A stretch of DNA of 62,087 nucleotides from Candidatus Nanoarchaeia archaeon (GCA_035289105.1 DATDYF010000040.1:1-62087); one strand, 5' to 3'; positions 8,936 to 19,085 are shown, counted from the first letter of the stretch. The notes: generated from the sequence alone by a model not told the origin. Numbers and translations are program-made.

Positions 8936-9583
8936 ATGGCAGTTAACGGTGTTTTGGAAGGCTTCTTTTCGCTTATTCAGTATCTTTCAGACGTACTTTT
9001 TCCTGCGATAGGTAAGAAGTATTTAGATTTCCTAACAGCTCCGTATTTCTATCCGGAAATGATCTGGATAGTTATCCCCCTAATTGTTACATTGGTTCTT
9101 TTGGAATTCTACTTTGGGAGATACACAAAAGAAGAGCTCGGCTGGAACACTGCAGTTGGCAATTCGCTTGTTCTGATATTTGTCTCAATTGATTTGCTAA
9201 AGCATATCTTTTCTAAAGCATACCCCGATATCCAGCTCATCAACCCAATGGTTTTGTTCTCAAATATCGCAAAATTGCCAATAGCTGACCCGGTTAGGTT
9301 CTCCATTGGCCTGGCAGTAGGCTTTATTGGCGCATGGGTGTTGTTCTTCGATTTTTTCCATCTGCTTCCCAAAAAGGTTGCCTTTAAAATCTCTGATGCG
9401 CTGCCAATTAACCTTATCGCTTATGTCGGTGTTGTGTTTGTTTATACGGACATCCTTGCCGATACGTCCATGTTTAATATCATTGTAACAATCATTTCAG
9501 CAATCCTTCTTTTCTTTTCCCTGCTTCTTTTCTTTGGCTTGCTTCACCTTGTAGAGCCAGCAAAGGGTGATGAAAGTGATTGA
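8936..9583 (+). CDS. hypothetical polytopic membrane protein
   Basis: 215 aa with 5-6 hydrophobic helices. Confidence 0.5.
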   Translation: MAVNGVLEGFFSLIQYLSDVLFPAIGKKYLDFLTAPYFYPEMIWIVIPLIVTLVLLEFYFGRYTKEELGWNTAVGNSLVLIFVSIDLLKHIFSKAYPDIQLINPMVLFSNIAKLPIADPVRFSIGLAVGFIGAWVLFFDFFHLLPKKVAFKISDALPINLIAYVGVVFVYTDILADTSMFNIIVTIISAILLFFSLLLFFGLLHLVEPAKGDESD

Positions 9584-9929
9584 ATACCTCATGGTTGCAG
9601 TTCTTATTGTATTTGCGCTGTTTTTTCTTTTTCCTTTCGTGGGCTCATTGCCAGTTTTTATAATAAATTTCGTAATTTTGGCATTGATGGCATTTAGAAT
9701 TCCGGGGGACATCAAAAAAAGGGGGCTTTATCCCCATTACCTTTTATCCACACTGCTCACTACAGTCATCTTCATTCTATCCTTCAGCAATGCAGTTTCG
9801 GCATTTCTTCAGTTTTTTCAGGAGTTGATGCTGCTTAAAGTAACAATTGCTGTGCTTTTGATATACCTATTTGCACATGGCTTCAAGCTGGTTGGAGAAA
9901 CTTGGAAAAAGCAAGAAAAACATAAGTAA
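9567..9929 (+). CDS. hypothetical membrane protein
   Basis: 120 aa with 4 hydrophobic helices; overlaps the previous ORF by 17 nt. Confidence 0.45.
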   Translation: MMKVIEYLMVAVLIVFALFFLFPFVGSLPVFIINFVILALMAFRIPGDIKKRGLYPHYLLSTLLTTVIFILSFSNAVSAFLQFFQELMLLKVTIAVLLIYLFAHGFKLVGETWKKQEKHK

Positions 9930-10133
9930 CTATCTTTTTCTTAAGGTTCTGGAATGGCCTCCCTTTTTGTAGGGCGTATACTTTCCCTTCTGCCTGCCGC
10001 TTCTTTCCTCAGGGTAAACCTCAAGTTCAGCCATCTCGTCATAGCCGCACTCATTGCAGGTTACCACTGGAGAGCTATCATAAATTGAGAGCTCCACGTT
10101 ATTCGAGCCGCACTTTGGGCAGGTCTTCTTCAT
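9930..10133 (-). CDS. small zinc-ribbon protein
   Basis: Start moved to MKKTCPKCG...CNECG (CPxC...CxxC). The longer track ORF would overlap the folC start. Confidence 0.5.
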   Translation of the reverse strand: MKKTCPKCGSNNVELSIYDSSPVVTCNECGYDEMAELEVYPEERSGRQKGKYTPYKKGGHSRTLRKR

Positions 10134-10208
10134 GGCATGGCTCCTTATGGTTAATAAGCATTTCCATAAAAAGTCAGATTTATTAATCTTTACAATATCC
10201 CCTGGTTT

Positions 10209-11372
10209 ATGGAATACAGGGACATGCTTAGTTACCTTTACAATATTGAATCGGAAAAAAAGTGGAAGTTTGGACTTGAAAGAACCGAGATGCTTCTGGA
10301 AAAAATAGGCAATCCGCATAAACATGTTAAGGCTTTCCATGTTACAGGAACGAACGGCAAGGGAAGCGTCTGCGCAATGATTTCAGCAATAATCGGCAGA
10401 AGGCATAAGGTAGGCATGTTTACCTCCCCCCATTTGGTGTCTTTCAATGAGAGGTTTGTTATAGGGGGCGAAGAAGCCTCAGACGAACAAATCCTGGCTG
10501 TTTTCAGCAAAATAAAGCCGCATATCACAGACCAGACATTTTTTGAGATTGTGACATGCATGGCATTTCTTCTTTTCAGGGAAAAAAAAGTGGAATACGC
10601 AGTTATTGAGGTCGGCCTTGGGGGCAGGCTTGACGCTACTAATGTGATTACGCCATTGGTGTCTGTGATAACAATGGTAGATTATGAGCATACTAATATT
10701 TTAGGGGAATCTCTGGAGGAAATTACTCTGGAGAAATGCGGCATAATAAAGCAGGGCATTCCGGTGGTGACCGGCTCAAAGAAAGAGATTGTGCTTAAAA
10801 TAATTGAGAGGGTCGCAAGTTCTAGAGGCTCGGAGCTGGTTGTTTCCCGGGAGAGATATAAAACAAACCTGTTAGGTGATTACCAGGAGCTTAATGCGGG
10901 AATATCTGTTACTGCCATCAGAAAAGCAGGCTTAAGTTTCTCGGAGCACGAGATAGAGGATTCGCTGATGAATGTTTCGCTTAAAGGGAGGCTGGATTAC
11001 CACGGAAACTTACTTTTTGACGTGGCACATAACCCTTCAGGGATAAATTCCCTTGTTGAATATTTAAAAAGCCACGAGAAAAAGAGAATTATTTGCATTT
11101 TTGGTGTGCTTTCAGATAAGGACTGGAAAAAGATGGTAGATAAGCTTTGCGAGGTCGCAGATTACTTTGTGCTTACAACGCCACAGAGCGACAGGGCTCT
11201 GGACCCTTCAGTTGTCGCAAATTACATAAGTGGGAAAAAAGACTGTGTTGTGGAAAAAACTCCGCAAATGGCTTTTGAGTTTGCAATGGGAATGGCCAAG
11301 AGGGAAGAACTTGTGCTTGTTACCGGTTCATTTTATGTGGTTGGCGATTTTTATCAAAAAGTTTTTAAATGA
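10209..11372 (+). CDS. folC: folylpolyglutamate synthase / dihydrofolate synthase (Mur ligase family)
   Basis: P-loop HVTGTNGKGS, EVGLGGRLDATN, DVAHNP. Confidence 0.85.
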   Translation: MEYRDMLSYLYNIESEKKWKFGLERTEMLLEKIGNPHKHVKAFHVTGTNGKGSVCAMISAIIGRRHKVGMFTSPHLVSFNERFVIGGEEASDEQILAVFSKIKPHITDQTFFEIVTCMAFLLFREKKVEYAVIEVGLGGRLDATNVITPLVSVITMVDYEHTNILGESLEEITLEKCGIIKQGIPVVTGSKKEIVLKIIERVASSRGSELVVSRERYKTNLLGDYQELNAGISVTAIRKAGLSFSEHEIEDSLMNVSLKGRLDYHGNLLFDVAHNPSGINSLVEYLKSHEKKRIICIFGVLSDKDWKKMVDKLCEVADYFVLTTPQSDRALDPSVVANYISGKKDCVVEKTPQMAFEFAMGMAKREELVLVTGSFYVVGDFYQKVFK

Positions 11373-13717
11373 TGGTAAGTGCTTTCAGGGAGATGGGGGA
11401 AGTAGATGCGGATTTAGTAGGGATTAGTGAATTTTCAGACAGCGAACTAAAAGATTTTCTGCGGAAAAATGGGTTATCACTAACCCTCGAGGAGGCAAGG
11501 AAGATAGTCAGCCTTATAGGAAGGAACCCTACCCTTACGGAACTGCACATATTCAACATACAATGGTCAGAGCACTGCAGCTACAAGAGCAGCAGGCATG
11601 TTCTCAAGATGCTTCCGACCTCTGCACCAAATGTCATCCAAGGCCCAGAAGAGGATGCAGGCATTTTATACCTTACCGATATTGGAAAAGACAGGTATGG
11701 AATAGTGTTTGCTCATGAAAGCCACAATCATCCATCCCAAGTAGTGCCTTATGAAGGGGCTGCTACAGGGGTGGGGGGCATTCTTAGGGATGTTCTTTGC
11801 ATGGGCGGCAGGATAATTGCAACTGCAGATGCGCTAAGATTTGGAAATCCATTTGGGAAAAACAAGAATTATGTCAGGTATGTGGGGAATGCAGTTGTTG
11901 ATGGGATAGCTGGTTATGGAAACCCCGTGGGCATTCCGGTGATTGCGGGAGATATTTATTTCAATGACTCATTCGATGAAAACTGCCTGGTTAATGTTGT
12001 ATGCCTGGGCTTAATTAAGGAAAGCGACATAATTCACAGCAAAGCCCCCCTAAACTCTGAAGGCTACGATGTTGTAATCGTGGGCAAGGCTACTGACAAC
12101 TCTGGATTTGGCGGTGCAGCATTTGCTTCGGTAATTCTTGATGAGGAAGACAGGGAGAGCAACAAAGGGGCAGTCCAGGTGCCAGATCCATTTTTGAAGA
12201 ACATTATTATCCGGGCAACATATGCCGTTTTTGAGGAAGCCAAAAAGAGAGGGGTTGCGCTTGGGTTCAAAGACATGGGAGCTGGAGGGATTATGTGCTC
12301 TTCATCGGAGATGGGAAGTTCCGGCGGCTTTGGGATAGAGCTGGACCTGGACAAAGTGCATACATCAATGGAATTACCCCCATACATCATTGCATGCTCT
12401 GAGACACAGGAGAGATTCACATGGGTTTCGCCACCATCATTTACCGGCACTATCCTGAAAATATATAACGAGGATTTCGAGCTTCCCAAGATTGCAGAGG
12501 GGGCAAGGGCGAGCATGATTGGAAAGGTGAAGAAGGATAAGGATTTTACAATATTCCATAAGGGGGAGGTTGTTTGCAATGCCCCGATAGATGCTGTAAC
12601 TGGTGGAATAAGGTACGATAGAAAAGCAACACTAAGGAAGAGGAACCTTGTTGAGCCTAACCTTGAAGAGCCTGCGGACTACAAGGTGGAGATATTGAAA
12701 GTTCTTTCACACCCAAATGTCGCATCAAGGATGAGGGTGTATAACCATTACGATACGATGGTCTTGGGCGATACAGTCATAAGGGCGGGGTTGGCGGATG
12801 CGGGATTGATTGCGCCACTCGAGACAAGCAATGTTGGTGTTGCGCTTACAACCGACTGCAATCCAAAATATTCAAGAATAGACCCTTATTGGGGAGCGGC
12901 AAATGCAGTTGCTGAAAGCATGAGAAATGTTGCTGCAATTGGCGCAGTTCCTTCCGGGCTTACCGACTGCCTTAACTATGGAAATCCGGAGAACGAAGAG
13001 GCATTTGCAGAATTCTACGAAGGCGTAAAGGGGGTTGCGGATGCAGCTAGAAATATAAAGCACAAAAGAACAGGCGAGGCAGTTCCAGTTATTTCTGGCA
13101 ATGTTAGCTTTTACAACGAGTCAAAAACTGGCAAGGCCGTTGATGGCTCTGCAATAATTGCATGCGTGGGGATAATTGACGATTACAAAAAAGCAATTAC
13201 GATGAAGATTAAGGAAGAGGGAAGCATTTTATTGTATGTCGGGGGGAGAAAAGACGAGCTTGGCGGGAGCGTTTATTATGATTTGCACAGCGAATTAGGA
13301 AAGAATTTACCTAAAGTGGATTTTGAGAACGAAAAGGGGATGATATACGGCATCCTTGATTGCATTTCCGATGGTTTGCTTCTTTCCTGCCATGACATTT
13401 CAGACGGCGGAATAATAACGGCTGTTAGCGAGATGGTCCTTGGCGGGGAAGCAGATGGAAAGATAGGCGCTAAAATTATGCTTGATTCAAATTTAAGGAT
13501 GGACAAGGCCTTGTTTTCAGAGTCTTCTGGGTTTGTCTTTGAAGCACGAAAGGAAAAGGTTTCAAGAATAAAGTCGGTATTCAGCAAATTGGGGGTGGGA
13601 GCGAACGAACTTGGACATACCGGGGGGAGCGAACTGGTTGTGAACGACAAGATCAGGGTTGCCATTGCCGAGATGAGGAAAGCATGGACTTCCGGAACAA
13701 GGGGGGCGCTGGAATGA
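11369..13717 (+). CDS. purL: phosphoribosylformylglycinamidine synthase subunit PurL
   Basis: 782 aa; WSEHCSYKSS, ESHNHPS, GAATGVGGILRD motifs; ATGA overlap with folC. Confidence 0.95.
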   Translation: MMVSAFREMGEVDADLVGISEFSDSELKDFLRKNGLSLTLEEARKIVSLIGRNPTLTELHIFNIQWSEHCSYKSSRHVLKMLPTSAPNVIQGPEEDAGILYLTDIGKDRYGIVFAHESHNHPSQVVPYEGAATGVGGILRDVLCMGGRIIATADALRFGNPFGKNKNYVRYVGNAVVDGIAGYGNPVGIPVIAGDIYFNDSFDENCLVNVVCLGLIKESDIIHSKAPLNSEGYDVVIVGKATDNSGFGGAAFASVILDEEDRESNKGAVQVPDPFLKNIIIRATYAVFEEAKKRGVALGFKDMGAGGIMCSSSEMGSSGGFGIELDLDKVHTSMELPPYIIACSETQERFTWVSPPSFTGTILKIYNEDFELPKIAEGARASMIGKVKKDKDFTIFHKGEVVCNAPIDAVTGGIRYDRKATLRKRNLVEPNLEEPADYKVEILKVLSHPNVASRMRVYNHYDTMVLGDTVIRAGLADAGLIAPLETSNVGVALTTDCNPKYSRIDPYWGAANAVAESMRNVAAIGAVPSGLTDCLNYGNPENEEAFAEFYEGVKGVADAARNIKHKRTGEAVPVISGNVSFYNESKTGKAVDGSAIIACVGIIDDYKKAITMKIKEEGSILLYVGGRKDELGGSVYYDLHSELGKNLPKVDFENEKGMIYGILDCISDGLLLSCHDISDGGIITAVSEMVLGGEADGKIGAKIMLDSNLRMDKALFSESSGFVFEARKEKVSRIKSVFSKLGVGANELGHTGGSELVVNDKIRVAIAEMRKAWTSGTRGALE

Positions 13718-14457
13718 AAGCTGCGGTTATCCTGTTTCCCGGGATGAATTGCGAAAACGAGACATTGAGGGCGCTCAAGGCTGCTGGGTTCGATGCTGAC
13801 TTGTTGAGATGGAACACGAAAAAGGAGTTTAGCCATTACGATTGTTTTGTTCTTCCAGGTGGATTTTCCTATGAGGATAGGATTCGTGCAGGGGTAATAT
13901 CTGCAAAAGACCCAGTAATGGAAAGGATAAAAGAAGAGGCCAATTCGGGGAAGCCCGTTCTTGGAATATGCAACGGCGCACAGGTGCTTATTGAATCAGG
14001 GTTAGTTCCTGGATTTAGCAATGAGCCGCAGATGGCCCTTGCTCCGAACACAAACCCTGAAATCGGGGGGTATTACTGCGTCTGGGTCAGGATTAAACCC
14101 GTCATGAAGAGAAGAAATGCCTACAATCTTCTTTGCAGGGAAAATGATGTAATTGACATCCCAATTGCGCACGGCGAGGGAAGGTTCACGACAAGGGAGG
14201 ATGTTGGAAGGATAAAGGACCTAATTGCATTTCAGTTTTGCAATGAATATGGTGAGGTTGAAGATTCTTTTCCAACAAATCCAAATGGATCGCTGCTTAG
14301 CATTGCGGGAATTACGAACCGGGAAGGGAATGTTCTTGCAATTATGCCCCATCCGGAAAGGGCATCTTTTGAAAAGCAAACATTGGCTTATGGGTTCAAG
14401 ACCCTTGGCTTGAATATTTTTAAAAGCATGAAAAGGCATATTGAGGAGAAAAAATGA
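13714..14457 (+). CDS. purQ: phosphoribosylformylglycinamidine synthase glutaminase subunit PurQ
   Basis: Start MKAAVILFPGMNCE overlaps the purL stop; GICNGAQ nucleophile elbow; MPHPER. Confidence 0.95.
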   Translation: MKAAVILFPGMNCENETLRALKAAGFDADLLRWNTKKEFSHYDCFVLPGGFSYEDRIRAGVISAKDPVMERIKEEANSGKPVLGICNGAQVLIESGLVPGFSNEPQMALAPNTNPEIGGYYCVWVRIKPVMKRRNAYNLLCRENDVIDIPIAHGEGRFTTREDVGRIKDLIAFQFCNEYGEVEDSFPTNPNGSLLSIAGITNREGNVLAIMPHPERASFEKQTLAYGFKTLGLNIFKSMKRHIEEKK

Positions 14458-14894
14458 AAGTGGAAATGCTTGTCAGGCTAAGAATTCCGGACACAACTGC
14501 GATTACAGCAAAGCAGGTGCTTGAAAGGATGGGCTTGGACGTTGGCAGCCTAAAAAGGGCTGACTATTACATGTTTGAGATCGGGGGAGATGAAAAAGAG
14601 TTCTCAAGAAAAATAGCGAAGGTTGATGTTCTCGTAAATTCAAACAAACACATTGCACAAATTGGGCTTTCTGCCGATGGCATGGTTTCGGTGCTGGTAA
14701 AAAATTCGGACGACAAGTGCGAAGGGCTGATGCATACCCTTACCCAGAGACTGGGTATGAAAGAAATAAAAAGTATTCAGAGAGGGGTGCTATGGACTAT
14801 GGATTGCGGCAAAGAAACAGCAAAAAAGGCAACAGAGCAATTGCTTTACAACCGCCATTTTCAGGAATACAAGATAATTGGAGGTGCTGAATGA
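14454..14894 (+). CDS. purS: PurS-like protein, apparent tandem duplication (2 x about 73 aa)
   Basis: Position directly after purL/purQ. The first half (RLRIPDTTAITAKQVLERMG) resembles the PurS beta-alpha-beta-beta core; the second half repeats the pattern. Roughly twice the normal PurS length. Confidence 0.6.
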   Translation: MKVEMLVRLRIPDTTAITAKQVLERMGLDVGSLKRADYYMFEIGGDEKEFSRKIAKVDVLVNSNKHIAQIGLSADGMVSVLVKNSDDKCEGLMHTLTQRLGMKEIKSIQRGVLWTMDCGKETAKKATEQLLYNRHFQEYKIIGGAE

Positions 14895-15658
14895 TCTTGG
14901 TGATATTTGGATCGGATTCTGATAAAGAGGTTTATGATGAGATCTGCAAGGGATTGGGGGAGACAGATTATGAGTTGAGGATTATATCTGCACACAAAAC
15001 ACCTGACGAGCTTGAGAAGATGGAATTTGATAAGTATGATATAATAATCGCAGGCGCTGGATTGGCTGCCCATCTTCCTGGCGTAATTGCATCTAAAACA
15101 ATAAAACCTGTAATAGGGGTTCCCTGCAGGCAAAATTATGAGGGCTTAGACGCCTTGCTTTCAATTGTGCAGATGCCTCCCGGAGTTCCGGTTTTGGGGG
15201 TTGGGGTTAATCAGGCCAAGAATGCCGCAAGCAATGCTATTAAGATGCTAAAAGTTTACAAGGGCGTTAACGTAATTGGCCAGGCAAATATCGCAAGTAA
15301 GGCAATTTCTTTTTTTAGGGACCTTAAGGTAGAGTGCAAGAAATCGGAAACGTTTGAGAGGGGGTTCATTAACTTGTGCCTTGTACCACTTGATGAAGAT
15401 GTCCAGCCAAGGGAGGAGCTTGTTGTGTATTGCCCGGTTCTCATGGAGGGGGACGATAAAGCAGAAGCTGCCATAAATATCTTAAGGCATTCCCATGATG
15501 GCCTGTGGGTTGGAGCAAACAACGTGGAGAATGGGGCTATAGCGTGTGTGGAGGTTCTTAATATTGACGGGAAGTTTACAACATCTTTATTGGAATATAG
15601 AAAGAAAAAGGCTGAAAAGGTAAAGAGTGCAGACAAAGCTGTGAGGGCCGGAAGATGA
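14891..15658 (+). CDS. purE: PurE (AIR carboxylase / N5-CAIR mutase family) with degenerate second PurE-like domain
   Basis: FGSDSD, SAHKTP, AGLAAHLPGV, VIGVPC and LLSIVQMPPGVPV in residues 1-130. Residues about 135-255 repeat the fold pattern without the catalytic motifs. Confidence 0.85.
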   Translation: MILVIFGSDSDKEVYDEICKGLGETDYELRIISAHKTPDELEKMEFDKYDIIIAGAGLAAHLPGVIASKTIKPVIGVPCRQNYEGLDALLSIVQMPPGVPVLGVGVNQAKNAASNAIKMLKVYKGVNVIGQANIASKAISFFRDLKVECKKSETFERGFINLCLVPLDEDVQPREELVVYCPVLMEGDDKAEAAINILRHSHDGLWVGANNVENGAIACVEVLNIDGKFTTSLLEYRKKKAEKVKSADKAVRAGR

Positions 15659-16614
15659 TAAGCGATGCCGTTATCAGAAATCAAATCAACAACGCTTTGG
15701 AGTCCATCGGCCTTGAGATTGGAAAAAGGATTGAGGGGAAAGTCAGGGATAGCTTCGTTCTTGACGGAAAAAGGGTGATTGTTACAACCGACAGGATATC
15801 CGCATTTGACAGGGTTCTTACGACTATTCCATTCAAGGGGCAGGTGCTGAACCAAACATCAGCATTTTGGTTTGACAAGACAAAAAGGATTGTACCGAAT
15901 CATGTAATAGAAGTTCCAGATCCGAACGTGATGGTTGTTAAGGAATGCAAACAATATCCTGTTGAGGTTGTTGTAAGGGGCTATATCACCGGCGTAACCA
16001 CAACCTCACTATGGTACAACTACAGTAGGGGAGTCCGCATGTATTGCGGCGTAAAATTGCCAGAAGGGCTAAAAAAAGACCAGAAGCTCGATGCGCCGAT
16101 AATCACCCCAACAACCAAGGCTCTTCACGGCGCACATGATTTGCTGATATCGAAAGAGGAGATTCTTTCCCAGGGGCTTGTGAGCAAGGATGAGTATGAG
16201 AAAATTGAAGAATATGCATATAAGCTATTTGAATTCGGGCAGAGGGAAGCAGCAAAAAATGGATTGATTTTAGTGGATACCAAATACGAGTTTGGGAAAT
16301 CTGATGGCGAAATTATGGTTATCGACGAGGTTCACACGCCCGATTCAAGCAGGTTTTGGTTCTCAAAAAACTATGGTGAGTTGTTTAGCAAAGGAATTGA
16401 CCAGCAATCATTTGACAAGGAATATGTGAGAAGATACCTTGCTGAGAGGGGTTTTATAGGCGAGGGAAAAATACCGCCTATTCCGGATGATGTCAAGGTT
16501 GAGGCTGCAAAGAGGTATATTACGGCGTATGAAACAATTACGGGGCAGAATTTTGTTGCTGACAATTCCAATGTTGCCGAAAGGATAAAAAAGAACCTTA
16601 GGAGATACTTATGA
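15655..16614 (+). CDS. purC: SAICAR synthase PurC (long form)
   Basis: TDRISAFD, LVDTKYEFG, DEVHTPDSSRFW. Confidence 0.9.
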   Translation: MISDAVIRNQINNALESIGLEIGKRIEGKVRDSFVLDGKRVIVTTDRISAFDRVLTTIPFKGQVLNQTSAFWFDKTKRIVPNHVIEVPDPNVMVVKECKQYPVEVVVRGYITGVTTTSLWYNYSRGVRMYCGVKLPEGLKKDQKLDAPIITPTTKALHGAHDLLISKEEILSQGLVSKDEYEKIEEYAYKLFEFGQREAAKNGLILVDTKYEFGKSDGEIMVIDEVHTPDSSRFWFSKNYGELFSKGIDQQSFDKEYVRRYLAERGFIGEGKIPPIPDDVKVEAAKRYITAYETITGQNFVADNSNVAERIKKNLRRYL

Positions 16615-17375
16615 ACTTCAGGGAGGTTGGGGTTAAGGCTGCATTGGAAGCTGGAAAAATAATGAGGAATTCTTTTGGGAAGAGCCAGAAAGTTCTGTTA
16701 AAGGGTCCGCGCGACATCGTCACCAAAACTGATGAGGATAGCCAGAGAAAAGCAATTGGCATAATAAATAGGCATTTTCCTTCGCACGGGATAATAGCCG
16801 AGGAAAATCTTGATAAGAAAGGTTTGCTTTACAGATGGCATATTGACCCGATAGACGGAACAAAAAACTTTTTTCATAACTTGCCTTACTTTTGTATTTC
16901 GATTGCCTTAGAAAAGTCAGGAGAAATTGTGCTCGGAGTTATATATGATCCAATAGCAAAAGACCTCTTTGTGGCGGAGAAAGGGAAAGGCGCCACTCTC
17001 GATGGCAAAAGGATAAGAGTCAGAAAGGAAAAAAATTTGCCGCGAGCTATGGTGTTTTATGACTCAGCCCTGCATAGAGACACTAAATTTAAGATCCACT
17101 GTCTAAGTTCCCTTGCAAAGAAAGTGCTCACAATAAGGCTTCTCGGGTCTGTTGCGTTGGATTTGGCAAACGTTTCCCGCGGGATTGGCGATGCTGCCAT
17201 CTTTCACACACCCGGTGGCTCATGGGACATCTCAGCCGGCTGCCTGCTTGTCGAGGAGGCTGGTGGAAAGGTAACTGACTGGCAAGGGAATAGGTGGCAT
17301 CCAAACATGAAAAGCTTTGTTGCCTCCAATGGCTCGATTCACTCGAAACTGCTTGGGATATTAAAGAAAATATAA
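16611..17375 (+). CDS. suhB: inositol monophosphatase / FBPase family protein
   Basis: IIAEE, WHIDPIDGTKNF, WDISAG motifs. Confidence 0.85.
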   Translation: MNFREVGVKAALEAGKIMRNSFGKSQKVLLKGPRDIVTKTDEDSQRKAIGIINRHFPSHGIIAEENLDKKGLLYRWHIDPIDGTKNFFHNLPYFCISIALEKSGEIVLGVIYDPIAKDLFVAEKGKGATLDGKRIRVRKEKNLPRAMVFYDSALHRDTKFKIHCLSSLAKKVLTIRLLGSVALDLANVSRGIGDAAIFHTPGGSWDISAGCLLVEEAGGKVTDWQGNRWHPNMKSFVASNGSIHSKLLGILKKI

Positions 17376-17402
17376 CATTCTATTTTGATTTATATAGAAA
17401 GG

Positions 17403-17412
17403 TTTATAAATA
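17403..17412 (+). promoter_or_regulatory. TATA box (TTTATAAATA) for wHTH-purB
   Basis: AAAGG (BRE-like) + TTTATAAATA. The box centre is about 26 nt upstream of the ATG at 17433, implying a leaderless or very short-leader mRNA. Confidence 0.5.
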
Positions 17413-17432
17413 GTTAACATCTTATAAGTGGC

Positions 17433-19085
17433 ATGGAAATTTCAGAGATATTCACCAAAAAGAATATTGAGATGCTAAAGCTGCTTGGCAAAGAAGGGGT
17501 TCACGTAAGGGAAATTGCAAAAAGGGCTGAATGCAGTCCGGCGCACGTTACCAATTCCGTCAAGCTTTTTTTGAGGGAAGGGCTTGTAAAAGAGGAGATT
17601 GTCGGCAACAAAAAGATTGTCAGGCTGGATTATGACAGTGGGAAATTAAAGGGGATTCTTGAGTTGATAGAAGAGAAAGAAACTATTACTCCAAGACTTA
17701 ACATTTTTGACGCTATCAGCCCGCTGGATTTTAGGTATTATGGAAGGGACTCTAAGGTTCTTGCTGAATTTTCGCCGTATCTCTCCGAGAATGGGTTCAT
17801 CAGGTATGCTGCAAGGGTAGAAGATGCGCTCACAAGAACTCTGGCAAGGAGAAAGATTTGCTCTCAGGCAATTGCTGATGAAGTATCAAGGGCCTGCATG
17901 AAGGTGACGGCGCAGGAGGTTTACAAGGAAGAAGACAGGATTAAGCACAACATTCGCGCTCTTGCAAACTGCATCAGGGAAAAGGTATCTGAAAAGGCCA
18001 GGCCATATGTCCATTTTACAACAACCTCCCACGACATAATCTGCACTGCAGATGCGGCAAGATTCAGGGATTTCACAAATAAGGTTATGGTTCCCGCAAT
18101 GACGGAGTTCGAGAGAACTCTGGTAGAGCTATCTCTAAGGGAAAAGTCGACATTGCAGATTGGAAGGACGCATGGACAGCATGCAGAGCCAATCACGTTT
18201 GGATTTGCAATTGCGCAGTATGCAAGCAGATTTGGGCATTCAATTATCAGGGTGAAGAAATCCGGAAACGATCTCCGTGGCAAGATTGCTGGAGCTGTTG
18301 GTTCCTACAATGCCTCATCCCTTTTCTTCAACGACCCAGTAGCATTTGAACGCGAGGTTTTATCGCGTCTGGGCTTAAAGCCTTCTCCTATTTCCACGCA
18401 GATTGTTGAGGCAGAATACATGAGCGAGCATGTTCATTCGGTAATTAATGCTTTTGGAGTGATTGCAAACTTGGCAGACGACATGAGGCATTTGCAGCGC
18501 TCTGAAATCGGGGAGGTTGGAGAGGAGTTTGGAGAAAAGCAGGTTGGCAGCTCCACAATGCCGCAAAAACGGAATCCGATTAATTTTGAGAATGTAAAAT
18601 CAATGTGGAAAGAATTCATGCCCAGAATGATGACTGTTTACATGGACCAGATTTCCGAGCACCAACGGGATTTGACAAATTCTGCCTCCTCAAGATTTAT
18701 ACCAGAGATGCTCGCAGCCTTTGTGCTTTCCGTAAAGAGGATGAATAAAGTAATGCCGAAGCTTTCGGTTGACCGGGAGAACATGAAAAGGAATTTCGAG
18801 ATGAACAGGGATTTTATAATTGCAGAACCGCTTTACATCCTTCTCGCAGCCAGCAACCATCCGGATGCGCATGAATATGTAAGAAGCCTTACAATGAAAT
18901 CAAGAACGGCAAAGAAAAGCATGCATGAACTATTGAGACAGGATTCAAACATAAGGCCCTACCTAAAAAGATTTTCCAAGCAGCACATTGAGCTATTAAA
19001 TGATCCAACGAAGTATACTGGCATTGCAGCAAGTAAGACCGAAGAGATATGTGTTTATTGGAAGAGGAAGTTGAGATTATCATAA
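17433..19085 (+). CDS. purB: adenylosuccinate lyase PurB fused to an N-terminal winged-helix DNA-binding domain
   Basis: Residues 1-about 90 look like wHTH (VHVREIAKRAECSPAHVTNSVKLFLREGLV). The rest is PurB (SPLDFRYYG, fumarate-lyase signature GSSTMPQKRNP). Confidence 0.9.
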   Translation: MEISEIFTKKNIEMLKLLGKEGVHVREIAKRAECSPAHVTNSVKLFLREGLVKEEIVGNKKIVRLDYDSGKLKGILELIEEKETITPRLNIFDAISPLDFRYYGRDSKVLAEFSPYLSENGFIRYAARVEDALTRTLARRKICSQAIADEVSRACMKVTAQEVYKEEDRIKHNIRALANCIREKVSEKARPYVHFTTTSHDIICTADAARFRDFTNKVMVPAMTEFERTLVELSLREKSTLQIGRTHGQHAEPITFGFAIAQYASRFGHSIIRVKKSGNDLRGKIAGAVGSYNASSLFFNDPVAFEREVLSRLGLKPSPISTQIVEAEYMSEHVHSVINAFGVIANLADDMRHLQRSEIGEVGEEFGEKQVGSSTMPQKRNPINFENVKSMWKEFMPRMMTVYMDQISEHQRDLTNSASSRFIPEMLAAFVLSVKRMNKVMPKLSVDRENMKRNFEMNRDFIIAEPLYILLAASNHPDAHEYVRSLTMKSRTAKKSMHELLRQDSNIRPYLKRFSKQHIELLNDPTKYTGIAASKTEEICVYWKRKLRLS

